Translations under genes and position numbers: made by a program | Notes under the pieces: model-generated | What the model saw: the letters and a program-made list of their open reading frames with translations, nothing else | What the model was told of the DNA's origin: nothing | The model's database searches: none | In this document: positions 1 through 11,061 of the stretch, one piece after another | Position numbering within the stretch: the first letter of the stretch is position 1 | Layout of the letters: every line of letters begins with the position of its first letter | From: Geosiphon pyriformis uo1 | Taxonomy: Eukaryota; Fungi; Glomeromycota | NCBI GenBank assembly: GCA_016748015.1 | Contig: JAAOMT010000470.1 | Location: 153,690-217,689, forward strand | Direction: 5' to 3' | DNA: 64,000 nucleotides

Positions 1-347
1 TTTCAAGTCATAAAATACTATCATATAAAAGAATAGGTAAGAAATTAGAATGGAAGATTTCTAAAAAAACTAAGAATTTTTTTTTTGTTTTTAATACTAC
101 TATTATATATATATAAATTTTATTATACAAGATTCTTTGAATTCTTCAATTCTCTAGCCAAAAATCCTGAAATTCCTGAAATTTTGTAATTTCTTGAAAA
201 AAATTCTGGAATTTTGAAATCTTGCAATTCTTTATATTAAAATCTTAAGATTTCTCTAAGAGGAATCCTAAAATTCCATTTTTACTATATTTTATTCTGA
301 TTGACTACTTTGTACTAATATATAATTTTTATATTTTATAAGTAATA
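1..347 (-). repeat. E1 3' LTR (partial; U3 with GGAATTCC-type repeats and TATA)
   Basis: Aligns with about 29347-29710; terminus AGTAATA (mutated reverse complement of TGTTACT) at 341-347 abuts the PPT. Confidence 0.9.
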
Positions 348-360
348 TTATCTTTTTTTT

Positions 361-1000
361 TTAATATTAAGCTTCATTGAAATTTTTTATATTTCCTAAC
401 TCTTCATCTTTGATTAACTCTTAAACTTCTTTTTCGAGAATTACTTGAGTTATTTTGATCTGTAATTTTTCAAATTGGGCATTGGTTATTTTTTTTAATT
501 GGTTAATAGTAACTGTATCCATTACTGAATTAAGTAGTATTGTTAATTGATCTTGAAATCCTGTGTATAGCCAATATATGGCTCATGCCTGTATAAACAG
601 ATTGTTTTTTTTCATAATTTATTTAATTTATTGTAGTATTGCTGTGTTAAATAGTCATTTTGTTTTATTAGTATACAAGTTCTGAATATTTATAGTTTGT
701 CCCAAGTAATAATAACAGAAGTTTCTTAAAAATTGTTGTAACCACCAATTTTAAGTTTTCTTGATTATTTCTTGGTATAGTACAGCTGTTTTTGGTGTTT
801 TTATTGATGATTTTACTTTTGCTATTATCTTGTTTATAATGTTTTCTAATTTTCTGTGCACTTGGTATTGGATTTTTTTTTTATTATTTTTGTACCAAAT
901 GATTTGTTAATTAATTGTAATTTTCAGATTTGTTTGTTGAATCAATTGGAATAGTTGTTGTACAAGTAAATAAATGTTGTTAGTAATTTCTATCTTTTTT
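361..1000 (-). pseudogene. E1 ORF3 (accessory protein, unknown function), degenerate
   Basis: Homologous to E2 21711-22340; stop abuts the PPT; start boundary approximate. Confidence 0.8.
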
Positions 1001-1050
1001 ATAGTTGCTTTTGATCATATATACTATGTCTTTATATACTATTTTGTTTA

Positions 1051-2435
1051 ATCAATTTGGTGTGTTTGTATTGATAACTATAATTGGTTCCAGATTTTGT
1101 GAAATCTTATCTGGTTGAACTAGTATTCATTGTACTTTCAGTTGTAGAATATTACTAGTGGATAATAATATTGTATTGTGATATGATTTTAGTCTATCTC
1201 TATGTGCTGCTTTGGTTAAGATTTTGTTATTCCATCTTAGTTTATAGGCTCTATTTTCTAAAATTTTTTCTATGTGAAATAGTCTATGCTATTTGGAGTC
1301 AAATTTTTCACTTTATTGTTTTTTTTACTTTGATATGATATAAGAGTACTTTGTTTTCAATTCTGAATTCAACTGGTTTATCTGATAATTGGTTATTATG
1401 TTATTTTTTTTGTTTTTTTTGTGACCATTGAATATTATTAGCTGCTCTTTGTCTTTTGTTTTCCAATGTTTTGATTAGTTTGTACATTTTTTTTAGCAAT
1501 GTTTTTTAAAAGTTGGCTTCTGTTATTGGTTCAGTTGAATATGTATTGACTTCTATCTTAACTAGTAATATTGCTGTTCTATTATAAACAAATTCAAATA
1601 GTGTTGTTTATATAATATCTTGTTTTATTGTTTAATAAGCAAATAGTACTGATGATATAAACAAATCCCATTTGTCTTGGTTTTTTTGACTGATTTTGGC
1701 AATTGCTTTACACAATGTTTTGTTAAATCTTTCAATTAAACTGTTTGTTTGTAAATAATATGATAATAATAATGGTCTCTTAATTTCAAATCTTTGGCTT
1801 AATTTTGTTAATGTTCTGTTTACAAAGTAAGTTTTTTAATTTGATAACAATTTTTTTGAACATTCATGTTGACAAATCAAATCTTGATAAACAAATTCAG
1901 CTATAGATTTTACATCTGCTTTTTGAATTGCTTTTGCTTCTGGCTATTTTGTGAAATAATTCATAGCAACTGCTATATAATAATTGCCTCTGTTGATTAT
2001 TGTTAATGGTTTAACTAAGTTAATTCTAATTCTATCAAATAATTATTCCATTCTAATTGGTTTTAGTGATTCACTGGGTTTTGTTCCTCCTTTTCTTTGG
2101 CAAACATTACAATTTTGAATATATTAGATAATATTTGAATATATTAATAGCCAATAATATTTTTTTCTGGTTTTTTCTATGGTTGCTTTTTTATGAAAAT
2201 ATTTTGCTGTTAGATCTAAATGCATATTGTATAATACTGTTTTTTTTTCTGGTTTTGTAATTACTCTGAATGATTGATCTGGATCTTTTCTGTTTTTTCA
2301 ATATAGTATATTTTAGTAAGTGATAAAATATTTTGATTGTTGTTTTATGTTGTTTTATTCTTTTTAAAATAATTTCTTCTTAAACTGTTGGGTATTAAGA
2401 TAGTATTAAAGCTGTTAATATTTTTGTGTGTTCAT
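1051..2435 (-). pseudogene. E1 integrase (separate ORF), degenerate
   Basis: ATG at 2435 (MNTQKY); decayed HHCC and DDE motifs matching the E2/E7 integrases. Confidence 0.88.
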
Positions 2436-2465
2436 CTTTTGTTATATTTTTGGTTTAAAATGTTC

Positions 2466-2966
2466 TTAGATTTGTTTCATTTGTGACAAACTGTTGGTAT
2501 TTCTATTTTTTTTTCTTTTTTTATAATATACTGTATATTTGAATGACAAAAGTTCTATTTTCTATCTGACATGATAGTTATTTCCAAATTTTTGTTTTTG
2601 AATTGATGTCAATTTTTTGTAATCAGTATATACTTCAAACTTTTGGCTTAAATATTTTTTCTATTTGATAATTGCTTAATAGATTGCTAGATATTTTAGT
2701 GCTAGTGTTCTATATTTCTTTTTGGCTATACTCAAACTTTGGCTGGTATATGCTATTAGATGTTTTTATTCATTTGGTCTCTTCTGAAATACTACAGCTC
2801 CCAATGTTTGACCAGATATATCTGTGGTAATAATGAATAACTTGTTGTAATCTGGATATATTAATATTGGTGCTTGAATGAGCTTTTTTCTTAAAATGTT
2901 GAAAGCTTTTTGCTGAGCTTCAGTCTATTTATATTTTATATTTTTAGTTTAAAGTTAGTGAAGTGG
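2466..2966 (-). pseudogene. E1 RT connection/RNase H (3' part of ORF1)
   Basis: TTDISGQTLGAV and EVYTD motifs; ends QI-TAA at 2466-2468. Confidence 0.85.
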
Positions 2967-3839
2967 TGTTACTCATAGAAATATAGAAAATATATTAGCA
3001 TGATTATTAGCCAATTAGAAGTAGGCATAGTAAATATGGAATTCCAGGATTCTTTTCAAGAATTGCAGAATTCCAGGAATTTTAGAATTTCCCGATGAAG
3101 AATTACAGGATTCCAAAATTCCAGGATTCCTCTTATAGGAATCACAGGATTTCAGGAATTCTAGGATTTCTGTTGTGAAGAATCGAGGAATTGAGGAATC
3201 TCAATTATGTATATATAGCAGTAGTGTTAGAAACAGAAAAGACAGAATTGATATGACAGAATCTTTAGTCCAGAAACACAATCATCAAATAAATAATTAT
3301 TTCATATCACAACCCATTCTCTACTATTAACACTTCATGTTGATAGTAATTGATACTTAACCATGCTGGAACAATAGCTCTTGATCACGGCTATTGACGG
3401 GATATTAACATACCAAATTGCCTTGGCTTATTGTCTCTATTTCTCTTTATTTTCTTTTCTTTATTTTATTTTATTTTTTTCTTTGATTTTGTTGTTGTAT
3501 ACTAATTGATTAAAAGATTAAGCGCTGAGTTATTAACATCAAGGATAGCTTGGTAAAAGACCCAGAAATAAGAGTAGGATTTTATATATTATCGGATAGC
3601 TTACCAGAAGGGCACAACTGCCAAACTAAATCCGGCTACCACGCTGAAAAAGAAATTGGGAAAATTCTTAGAAAGATACATCTACTATCAACACTATTGA
3701 ATCTTTGTTCGTTATACAAAGAACTCCATCAAAACCTTCAGATACAACATTTGCAGAACATCATCAACGGGAATAGCTTTTGAGTACCAAGTTATGGGTT
3801 TGTTATTTAATTTAACAGCAGAAATAATTACCTGTAACA
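2967..3839 (+). repeat. E2 5' LTR
   Basis: TG...CA termini with TGTTAC/GTAACA inverted repeat; direct repeat of 22354-23226. Confidence 0.97.
3011..3217 (+). promoter_or_regulatory. LTR U3 promoter: CCAAT (3011-3015), GGAATTCC/TTCCAGGAA repeat array (about 3039-3202), TATA box (3210-3217)
   Basis: Same order of motifs in the LTRs of E1, E2, E3, E5 and E7. Confidence 0.7.
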
Positions 3840-3841
3840 TT

Positions 3842-3858
3842 TGGTGCTCCCTGTGAGG
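3842..3858 (+). promoter_or_regulatory. Primer binding site TGGTGCTCCCTGTGAGG
   Basis: Starts with TGG 2 nt after the LTR end; complement ends GAGCACCA, like a tRNA 3' end (elongator Met or Ile-UAU style; identity unverified); identical in E3. Confidence 0.9.
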
Positions 3859-6250
3859 TATAATTCTACAGAGAACCAGCACCAACAAATACCATCCAAA
3901 AGTGGCAAAATCAGAAAATATAGGAGCAAACCATTTAGGATTCGCAAAATTCTTATTTCAACACTATTGTCAATACTTGGGATTAAACCACAATCAAATA
4001 TCTGCCGAATCAGCCTTCAATTTTTACGTTAATGAAAAATTTTCTTTTTATTAGGGACACTAGTGAATACTGAATTAGCAAGGGAAACTTTCTATAGGGA
4101 GTTAATTCAAAACACCAACCTGCCAATAAATCATAATTTCACATCCATCATCACTGAGATCAACAAAGAAATTGAACATTACATTCAACAAAGATATCCA
4201 ATTACATACACTAGTAAAAGTAAGAGAAAACTACAAACACCAGCAGTAACACCCAGAAAAATACAGCCACCTACTTGGAAGAAAAACAAAGTTGAATTTC
4301 CAAGCAACCCATCCTATCACTATACACTTGGAAGTGCCATCAACATATCATCAACAGACACATTCCCATTAACTGTGACATCAGCATTTGGACAATTCCC
4401 ATTCCAAAGTAGACAAAAGAAAACAGAATTATTAGGACCATATGGTGAATACTTTGAGGGATTTAATTTGTGATCATTAACCCCATCAGGACTTCAATCA
4501 CTACCACCTCCACCAGATTTCGGAATCTCTGATTTGTGGGAAGCAGAATCAGAAAAAGAGGAAAAAGAATCAGAGAATCAAGAATTCACTTACCAGCACC
4601 TGATTATTGAAAACCTGGAAATTGAAACCCTGAATTTTCAAACTCAGCAAAATCTAGATTTAGAAAATTTGGAAATCAAAACTCCAAATTATCAAAGGCA
4701 GAACAATCCAAACCCCGAATTAATTAATCAGCAAAACTTACCTCCAGTAATCATCACTGATCAACTGCCAATTAATCCCATAGCCGAACCCATACAGCAG
4801 CCACTTCAACTACCACCCCAACAACCAGTACAACAACAACTGCTTCAACAGCCACCACAACCACCTAACTTAGATCCAATGGCCTACGCACCAATCGCAA
4901 AACTTGACAACTTTACTGGTGAAAAAGATGATGCTCAAGTATGGCTGAATAATGTAGAAAAGGCCATTGCAGCCAATGAATAGAATGACATCCGAGCAAT
5001 GCAAGCCATTCCCTACTTTCTCAAGAATACCACCAATTCATGGTATCAGAGCTTGGTTAATAAACCATAAGATTTCAATGCCTTCAAAGCGAAATTCTTA
5101 AGATACTTTAACAATAATAACAGCATCAATTGCCTAGTCAATACATTCACCACCATGAAACAAGGAGAAATTGAAGCAGTCACTACTTACCTGGGATGCT
5201 TCCATCAAAACCTGCACCAAATTCAAGCAATTAACGCCAACTATTTCACAGTACCACAGATATTTAATCAGTTTATCCATGGCCTGCGCAGCAACATCTT
5301 GCAACATGTACGTCCATTGCATCCAGGCACACTTCAAGATGCAGTCACATGTGCCAAAGATTTTGAATCCACTAAGTCAGAGGCTAATTACACCCAAGCC
5401 ATTAATCTAGTAATGAATAGATCATCTGAATTGGATTCCAAATTGGAGAAGTTCAGTGAATCAATTAATAAAAGATTGGAAGGATACTTAGCTAACAATT
5501 ACACCATTTATCAGTCTCCACAATGATGCAATAATCAAGGAAACTCTAATTGTGCCCAAAATAAACCACGTCTATCTTCATCGACCAATTAACAGTGACA
5601 ACAGAAAACATGTATCTGCCACTATTGTGGTAAACAAAGACATATCTAAATTGACTGTTGCCAGTATTTAAATAACCAATGATCAGGAAATCAATATCAA
5701 AATCTTGATTGCCAGTTCCAAACTCCAAATCAGTACCCAAATCAAAACCAACCTGCTTACTTACTAGTGACGCAGTCATCAGTCTATCAGTTTCTGGTGT
5801 ATCAAGCTCCAATCTATCAACTGCAATCACAAGTAATTTATCAACAACCGCAGCCACAAATAATCTATTAACCCCAGCAAATCCAAACACCACCCCAAAG
5901 CTTACTACTCAATGGAACCCAAAGACCAAGAATGACTCAACAGAGCTAGAGATTGGCGATAATAGTCCATCAACCAATCCCCAGTTCTTCACAGCAACCA
6001 TCTGGGTTACGCCAGCAGAATTTGGGTGCCAGTCAACTCCAGAACCCGAACTCCCAGAACTATTTAAGTCTCCTGGTCACCTCAGAAAACGTCTCAACCA
6101 ATAACCTGGCATTCGCCCAAAAACAACCACTCACCAATAATATCCTACCTGTTACCATTACCGAAGATGAGTTTTTGGTTGCTATATTCCCATTCAAATT
6201 TAAGGGAACAACTGCAATGCCATTATTTAGTGGAGCCGCTCTTGAAGCCA
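3859..6250 (+). pseudogene. gag: E2 gag region: AUG-less N-terminal domain, Pro/Gln linker, capsid from MAYAPIAKL (ATG 4879), CCHC knuckle, Q/P/Y-rich tail
   Basis: KLDNFTGEKDDAQVWL...AIPYFLK...QIFNQFIHGL capsid; CHYCGKQRHI*IDC knuckle about 5617-5660; stops from CAA>TAA and CGA>TGA. Confidence 0.9.
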
Positions 6251-6640
6251 AATCAATCACCACGATGTACATTGACGCCAAAGTCGAGGGACAATCCATC
6301 AAATTGATTCTTAACAGCGGTTTAGCAGGCAGCATTATCACATGACAACTCATGGATCAATTAGATCACTGAGTTGATCGAGCTGCCAACACCAGAATTA
6401 TCACAGCTGATGGAGTGACCAAAACTCCAATTGGCGAAATTGACAACTTCCCTTTCGAAGTCAATGGCATTGTGACTCCCATTAAAGTTTTAGTGATGGA
6501 AGCCACTCAATACCAAGCTTTAGTTAATAATGACTGGCCATTCAAAGTCAACGTGACATTAGACTAGAACATTTAGGAACTCCAGCTAACATATTAGGGC
6601 CAACACATATGTGTACCGGTCATGTGTGACTATTTCAAGA
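6251..6640 (+). pseudogene. E2 aspartic protease, in frame with gag
   Basis: KLIL[D/N]SG.AGSII motif at about 6301-6340; ALVGNDW-type second motif. Confidence 0.88.
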
Positions 6641-6959
6641 CTCCTCCAAGAGGGAAACTATTGATCGAACTGGAGGAGAAGAAAGAAAAACCTACCTGGG
6701 AAGCTTACCAAGTCTCCTGGGCCGACGCCGACCACAACAAACTACCACCAATACTCTTGTAGAATGACAATCCTAAGGGAAAGCAAAATGAGGAACTGAC
6801 CTGAAAAACCGACGATTTGACCTGAACCGACAACAAACAGGAAGAACCATTGAGTTGGGAGTGGAAAGAAGAAAAAGGAAAAGGAAAGAGAAGGAGAAAG
6901 AAAACACTCAAGCCAACAACACTTATATCCCATACACCTACACTCAACAACAATCATTG

Positions 6960-7610
6960 ACCTATTGCCAACCCAAACTGATATGCGTTGATTGCAGCAA
7001 GAAATTGTTGTCAATGAGTGCATGTTGTGGCGACAATGAAGAATATCAGATGGCAACCAAGTTTTATTGCCACACATGCCATGTCGAATGTTTTGGAAGA
7101 CCAAAACAAGTAGAAAAATGGGATAATACATCATGTATAGCCTGTGGAGAAACTCTCCTTGACAAAAGAATATGGAACAACATTCTGGGGAAAAGAAGAA
7201 CGTGCGACATGTTTTGCCAATACACAATTCTCATCAGCGACTGGGTTGAGAAAGGAACACCCATAGAAGCCACCTGGAGAAGAGCTGTACAGTGATTGGA
7301 CAGTTGTCCACATGATGATGATGAATTATGGCAGATGGCAATTGCCAAAATTGAAGGCGTGTCATCAGAAGAAATCAGGACAATTAAAAACAACCCACCA
7401 GAACCTATTGAGCTTGACTGGAACGCAAAGCCAGTCATAAATTTTCTGGAACCAGAAGAGTTCCATGAACATTACCAAAACTTGGCACCTACTAGAGAGA
7501 AGCAAAAACAATGGCTAGCTTAGTTAAATACAAGACTGTGTTGCTATTGTTTAATTCTTAGTGACTTTGAATATTGTGACGATTGTGACCTCATTTACAA
7601 TCCACCATCA
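6960..7610 (+). pseudogene. E2 Cys-rich domain of unknown function between protease and dUTPase
   Basis: CVDC...ACC...YCHTC...CIAC...CDMFCQY...C..CL...YCDDC; conserved in family B. Confidence 0.75.
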
Positions 7611-7871
7611 TGCATGATTTACATGATCTCTGAAGAAGAAGAACCAATCAGCAGCTGTGCATCAGAATCAGAATTGCCGATCAATTGCGATTCAAACTCC
7701 AACAATGACAACAACAACAATGATTCAAGCTCCATTTAAAATGACAATGACAATGACAATGATTCCAACTCAGATCCAAACTCCAATACAAACAACAAAC
7801 AATATATTGTACTACCAGATCTCTCCAAGGAGCAGGAGTTGAAATGGTATAGTAACAATAGGGAAGGTATC

Positions 7872-8264
7872 ATGCCAGAATGCGCACATGATACTGATGC
7901 AGAGTTTGATTTGAGATAATCAGGAAAAGATGCCATCAAATTGGAACCACATTCACGCACCTGCATTGATCTGAAAGTAGCACTAGAAATTCTGGCAATA
8001 ACAATGGTTTAATTAGCATCTAGGAGTAGTCTAACAAAAAGAGGGATTAATATAAGAGGAGGAATAATTGATACGGGATATATAGGAAATATTATTGCTA
8101 TGCTACAAAATGATTCAGAAAAGGCCTATATAATAGAGCCCAACGAAAAGATAGCACAGGCGATATTCCTGCCTCTGGTTAGAGTAGTTCAGTTAGTATC
8201 AGTGAGAAAGAGGGAGGAATTAGGAATAACAGCGAGAGAAATACAGAGATTTGGATCAACGGGT
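7872..8264 (+). pseudogene. E2 dUTPase domain
   Basis: All five trimeric dUTPase motifs recognisable across copies: AGFDL, SRSS, GIIDxGYxG, EKIAQ, RGxQGFGSTG. Confidence 0.92.
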
Positions 8265-8789
8265 AGAATAGATGTATCATTTAATATGGCAGAGGAAAAA
8301 ATTGTTGGCCAAGGAGAAATTATCTCAACTGGTCAAGCTATTTCCATTTCACCATATAACCAGTACATACTAGCAATAAAAAGAAAGGAAAAAAACCAAG
8401 CACAAATTTTTGAAGCAGAAGCCAGTCTTTGTAAATTAGGAGAAGTTGGACTCATCAATCTCCACATACCAGCCAAAGATTACAGCTACATCAAAATTCC
8501 TATCTACAACAATACAGGAAATGTCATAGAAATACCAGCCGGAACTATTATTAGATACTTAAACACTGAAATAGAAGATCAACCACTAAACCCCATTCCA
8601 GACTTTCTACAACTTTGTGGATATGTTGATATCATATCACAAACAATATATGGACAAAGTGAATATTATTTGCTTCAACCAGAACAACTGGAACAAATGA
8701 ACATGGGAAACTTAGATCCACTCCAACATATGCAACTCAAGATGTTGCTCAACCAGTTCAATAACATTTTTGCCAGCAAAAATAAGTTT

Positions 8790-9517
8790 GGCTGAACCAA
8801 CATCATCTAGCATTAGATCAAGACTGGAGATGCAATGCCAATTATACAAAGAACATACAAAGTGCCACCAGCCAGCCACAAGATTATTCGTTAAGAGATA
8901 AACCAAATGTTTGACAATAGGCTAATTCAGCCATCAATGAGCCCATGGTCATTACCAGTGGTACTCGTCCGTAAGAAAAATGGAAAGATCCAATTTTGAG
9001 TGGACTACAGAAAACTCAATGGTGTAATTCGTGGAGACAGCTATCCAACTCCACAGATACAAGAATTATTAGATGCTTTTGGCAGAAACAAATGGTTTTC
9101 AACATTAAACTTAGATAGTGATAACTGGCAAGTAGCCATGGATCCAGCTGACAAAGAGAAGACGGCATTTACCACAAGAGAAGAGAATTTTGAATTTGAA
9201 GTAATGCCATTCGGTTTAACCAATGCACCAGCCACTTTCCAATGACTAATAGAAATTATCTATACTGGCTTATTGTGGAAATCAGTAGTTGTATACTTGG
9301 ATGACACCAACGTATTCTCAAAAACATTTGATGATCATCTTCATTATCTTCAACAAGTGTTCAAAAGACTAAGAAGAGCAGGACTAAAGTTAAATGCAAC
9401 AAAGTGCTTCTTTGGCAAGACAGAACTAAAATTTTTGGGATACATAGTCAGCAAAAATGGCATCAAAACAAATTTAGAGAAAATAGATATAGTAAAGAAC
9501 TTTCCAGTGCTAACTGA
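8790..9517 (+). pseudogene. pol: E2 reverse transcriptase (interrupted by E3 at 9517)
   Basis: [35 protein letters not shown]. Confidence 0.95.
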
Positions 9518-10365
9518 TATTACAGGTGATTATTTCTGCTGTTGAATTAAATAACAACCCGTAACTTGGTGTTCAAAAGCTACTTTCATTGATGATGTTC
9601 TGCAAGTGTTGTATCTGAAGGTTTTAATGGAGTCCTTTGTATAATGAACAGAGATTCAATAGTGTCAATAGTAGATGTATCTTTTCAAGAGTTTTCCCAA
9701 TTTTTTTTTCAGCATGGTGGCCAGATTTAGTCTGGCAGTCATGCCCTTCTGGTAAGCTATCCAATAATATATAAAATTCTACCCTTATTTCTGGGTCTTT
9801 TATCAGACTATCTTTGATGTCAATAACTTAGTGCTTAATTTTTTAATCAATTAATATACAACAACATAATCAAAGAAAAAAAGAAAATAAAATAAAGAAA
9901 CTAAAATAAGAAAATAGAGAAAATAAGCCAAGGCAATTTGGTACATTAGTATCTCGTCAATAGCCATGATTAAGAGCTATTGTTCTAGCATAGTTAAGTA
10001 TTAATTACTATCAATATGAAGTGTTGATAGTGGAGAGTGGTTTTGAGATATGAAATATTTATTTATTTGATGATTTGTGTTTCTGGGCTAAGGATTCTGT
10101 TGTATCAATTCTGTCTTTTCTGTTTCTAACACTACTGCTATATATACATAATTGAGATTCCTTAATTCCTCAATTTTTCACAACATGAACCTGGAATTCC
10201 TGGAATCCTGGAATTCTGGAATCCTGTAATTCCTTGTCAGAGAATCCTGAAATTCCTGGAATCCTGCAATTCCTGAGAGGAATTTTGGAATTCCACATTT
10301 ACTATGGCTACTTCTGATTGGCTAATAATCATGCTAATATATTTTCTATATTTCTATGAGTAACA
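9518..10365 (-). repeat. E3 3' LTR
   Basis: Adjacent to PPT AAAAGGAGGGAATAA; matches 18794-19626. Confidence 0.95.
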
Positions 10366-10378
10366 TTATTCCCTCCTT

Positions 10379-11008
10379 TTAATATTGAGCTCTATTAAAA
10401 TTCAACTCATTTAATTCTCCCTCTTGAAGTATTTCTTGGATTTCATTTTCGAGAATTATTTGTGTTATTTGGGCCTGTAATTTTTCAAATTAAGCATTGG
10501 TGATCTTTCCCAATTGATTACTGGTAACCATATCCATTGCTTTGTTGAGCAAAATTTCTGGTTTATCCTGAAATGTTGTGTGTATTCAGTATATGGCTTG
10601 GGCCTGTGTGGCTAAGTTGTTCTTTCCCACAAAATGTTCTAATTGTTGTAGTATTTTTTTGTTGAATAATTGCTTTGTTTTATCTGTATATAGATTCTGG
10701 ATATTTATGTATTGCCCCAAGTAAAAGTAACAATAACTTTTTGGAAATTGTTGTATCCACCAATTCCAAGTTTCTTTAGTCAGCTTTTGATATAATGTCT
10801 CTTTTGTTGACTCTTTTATTGCTAATTTTACTTTCGCAATGATTTTGTCCACAGTATTTTCAGTTTTCTTCTTTGTTCTGAGTTGTAATGTCTTTCTAGT
10901 ATCTTGATATCAAATGGTTTGTTGATTAATTGTAATCTCCATTTCCTGGTGTTGGATTAATTAAAAAAGTTGTTGTGTTAGTAAGTGAATGTTGTCTGTA
11001 ATTTCCAT
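10379..11008 (-). pseudogene. E3 ORF3 (209 codons, MEITDNIH...)
   Basis: Includes track ORF 10586-10852; same length as E2 and E7 ORF3. Confidence 0.85.
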
Positions 11009-11061
11009 TTTTTGATATTTTCTGTCACGTCAACTGTGTTTTTATATATTTTTTTGCTGAA

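Noticed and set aside
3039-3202. Repeat-spacer-like array resembling CRISPR
   Set aside because: Short degenerate units inside LTR U3, no unique 30-40 nt spacers, no cas genes, eukaryotic context.
3353-3396. U1 snRNA-like ATACTTA...GATCACG
   Set aside because: Lacks ACTTACCTG, the full GATCACGAAG loop, SL2 and an Sm site; better explained as an LTR hairpin.
3550-3783. 77-aa ORF inside the LTR, recurring at 18849-19058 and 22979-23164
   Set aside because: No ATG in this copy, and the frame is not preserved in the E7-type LTR although nucleotide blocks are; conservation looks RNA/DNA-level.
3782-3858. Tf1-type cis self-priming
   Set aside because: The complementary arm lies in U5, not at the transcript 5' end, so cleavage would sever the template; the PBS also extends to 17 nt in tRNA-like fashion.
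5709-6104. Ser/Thr-rich alternative-frame ORF recurring in several copies; possible gag-pol frameshift
   Set aside because: Gag, the YQ tail and protease are all in one frame; the alternative frame only survives because CAA>TAA decay hits the true frame.
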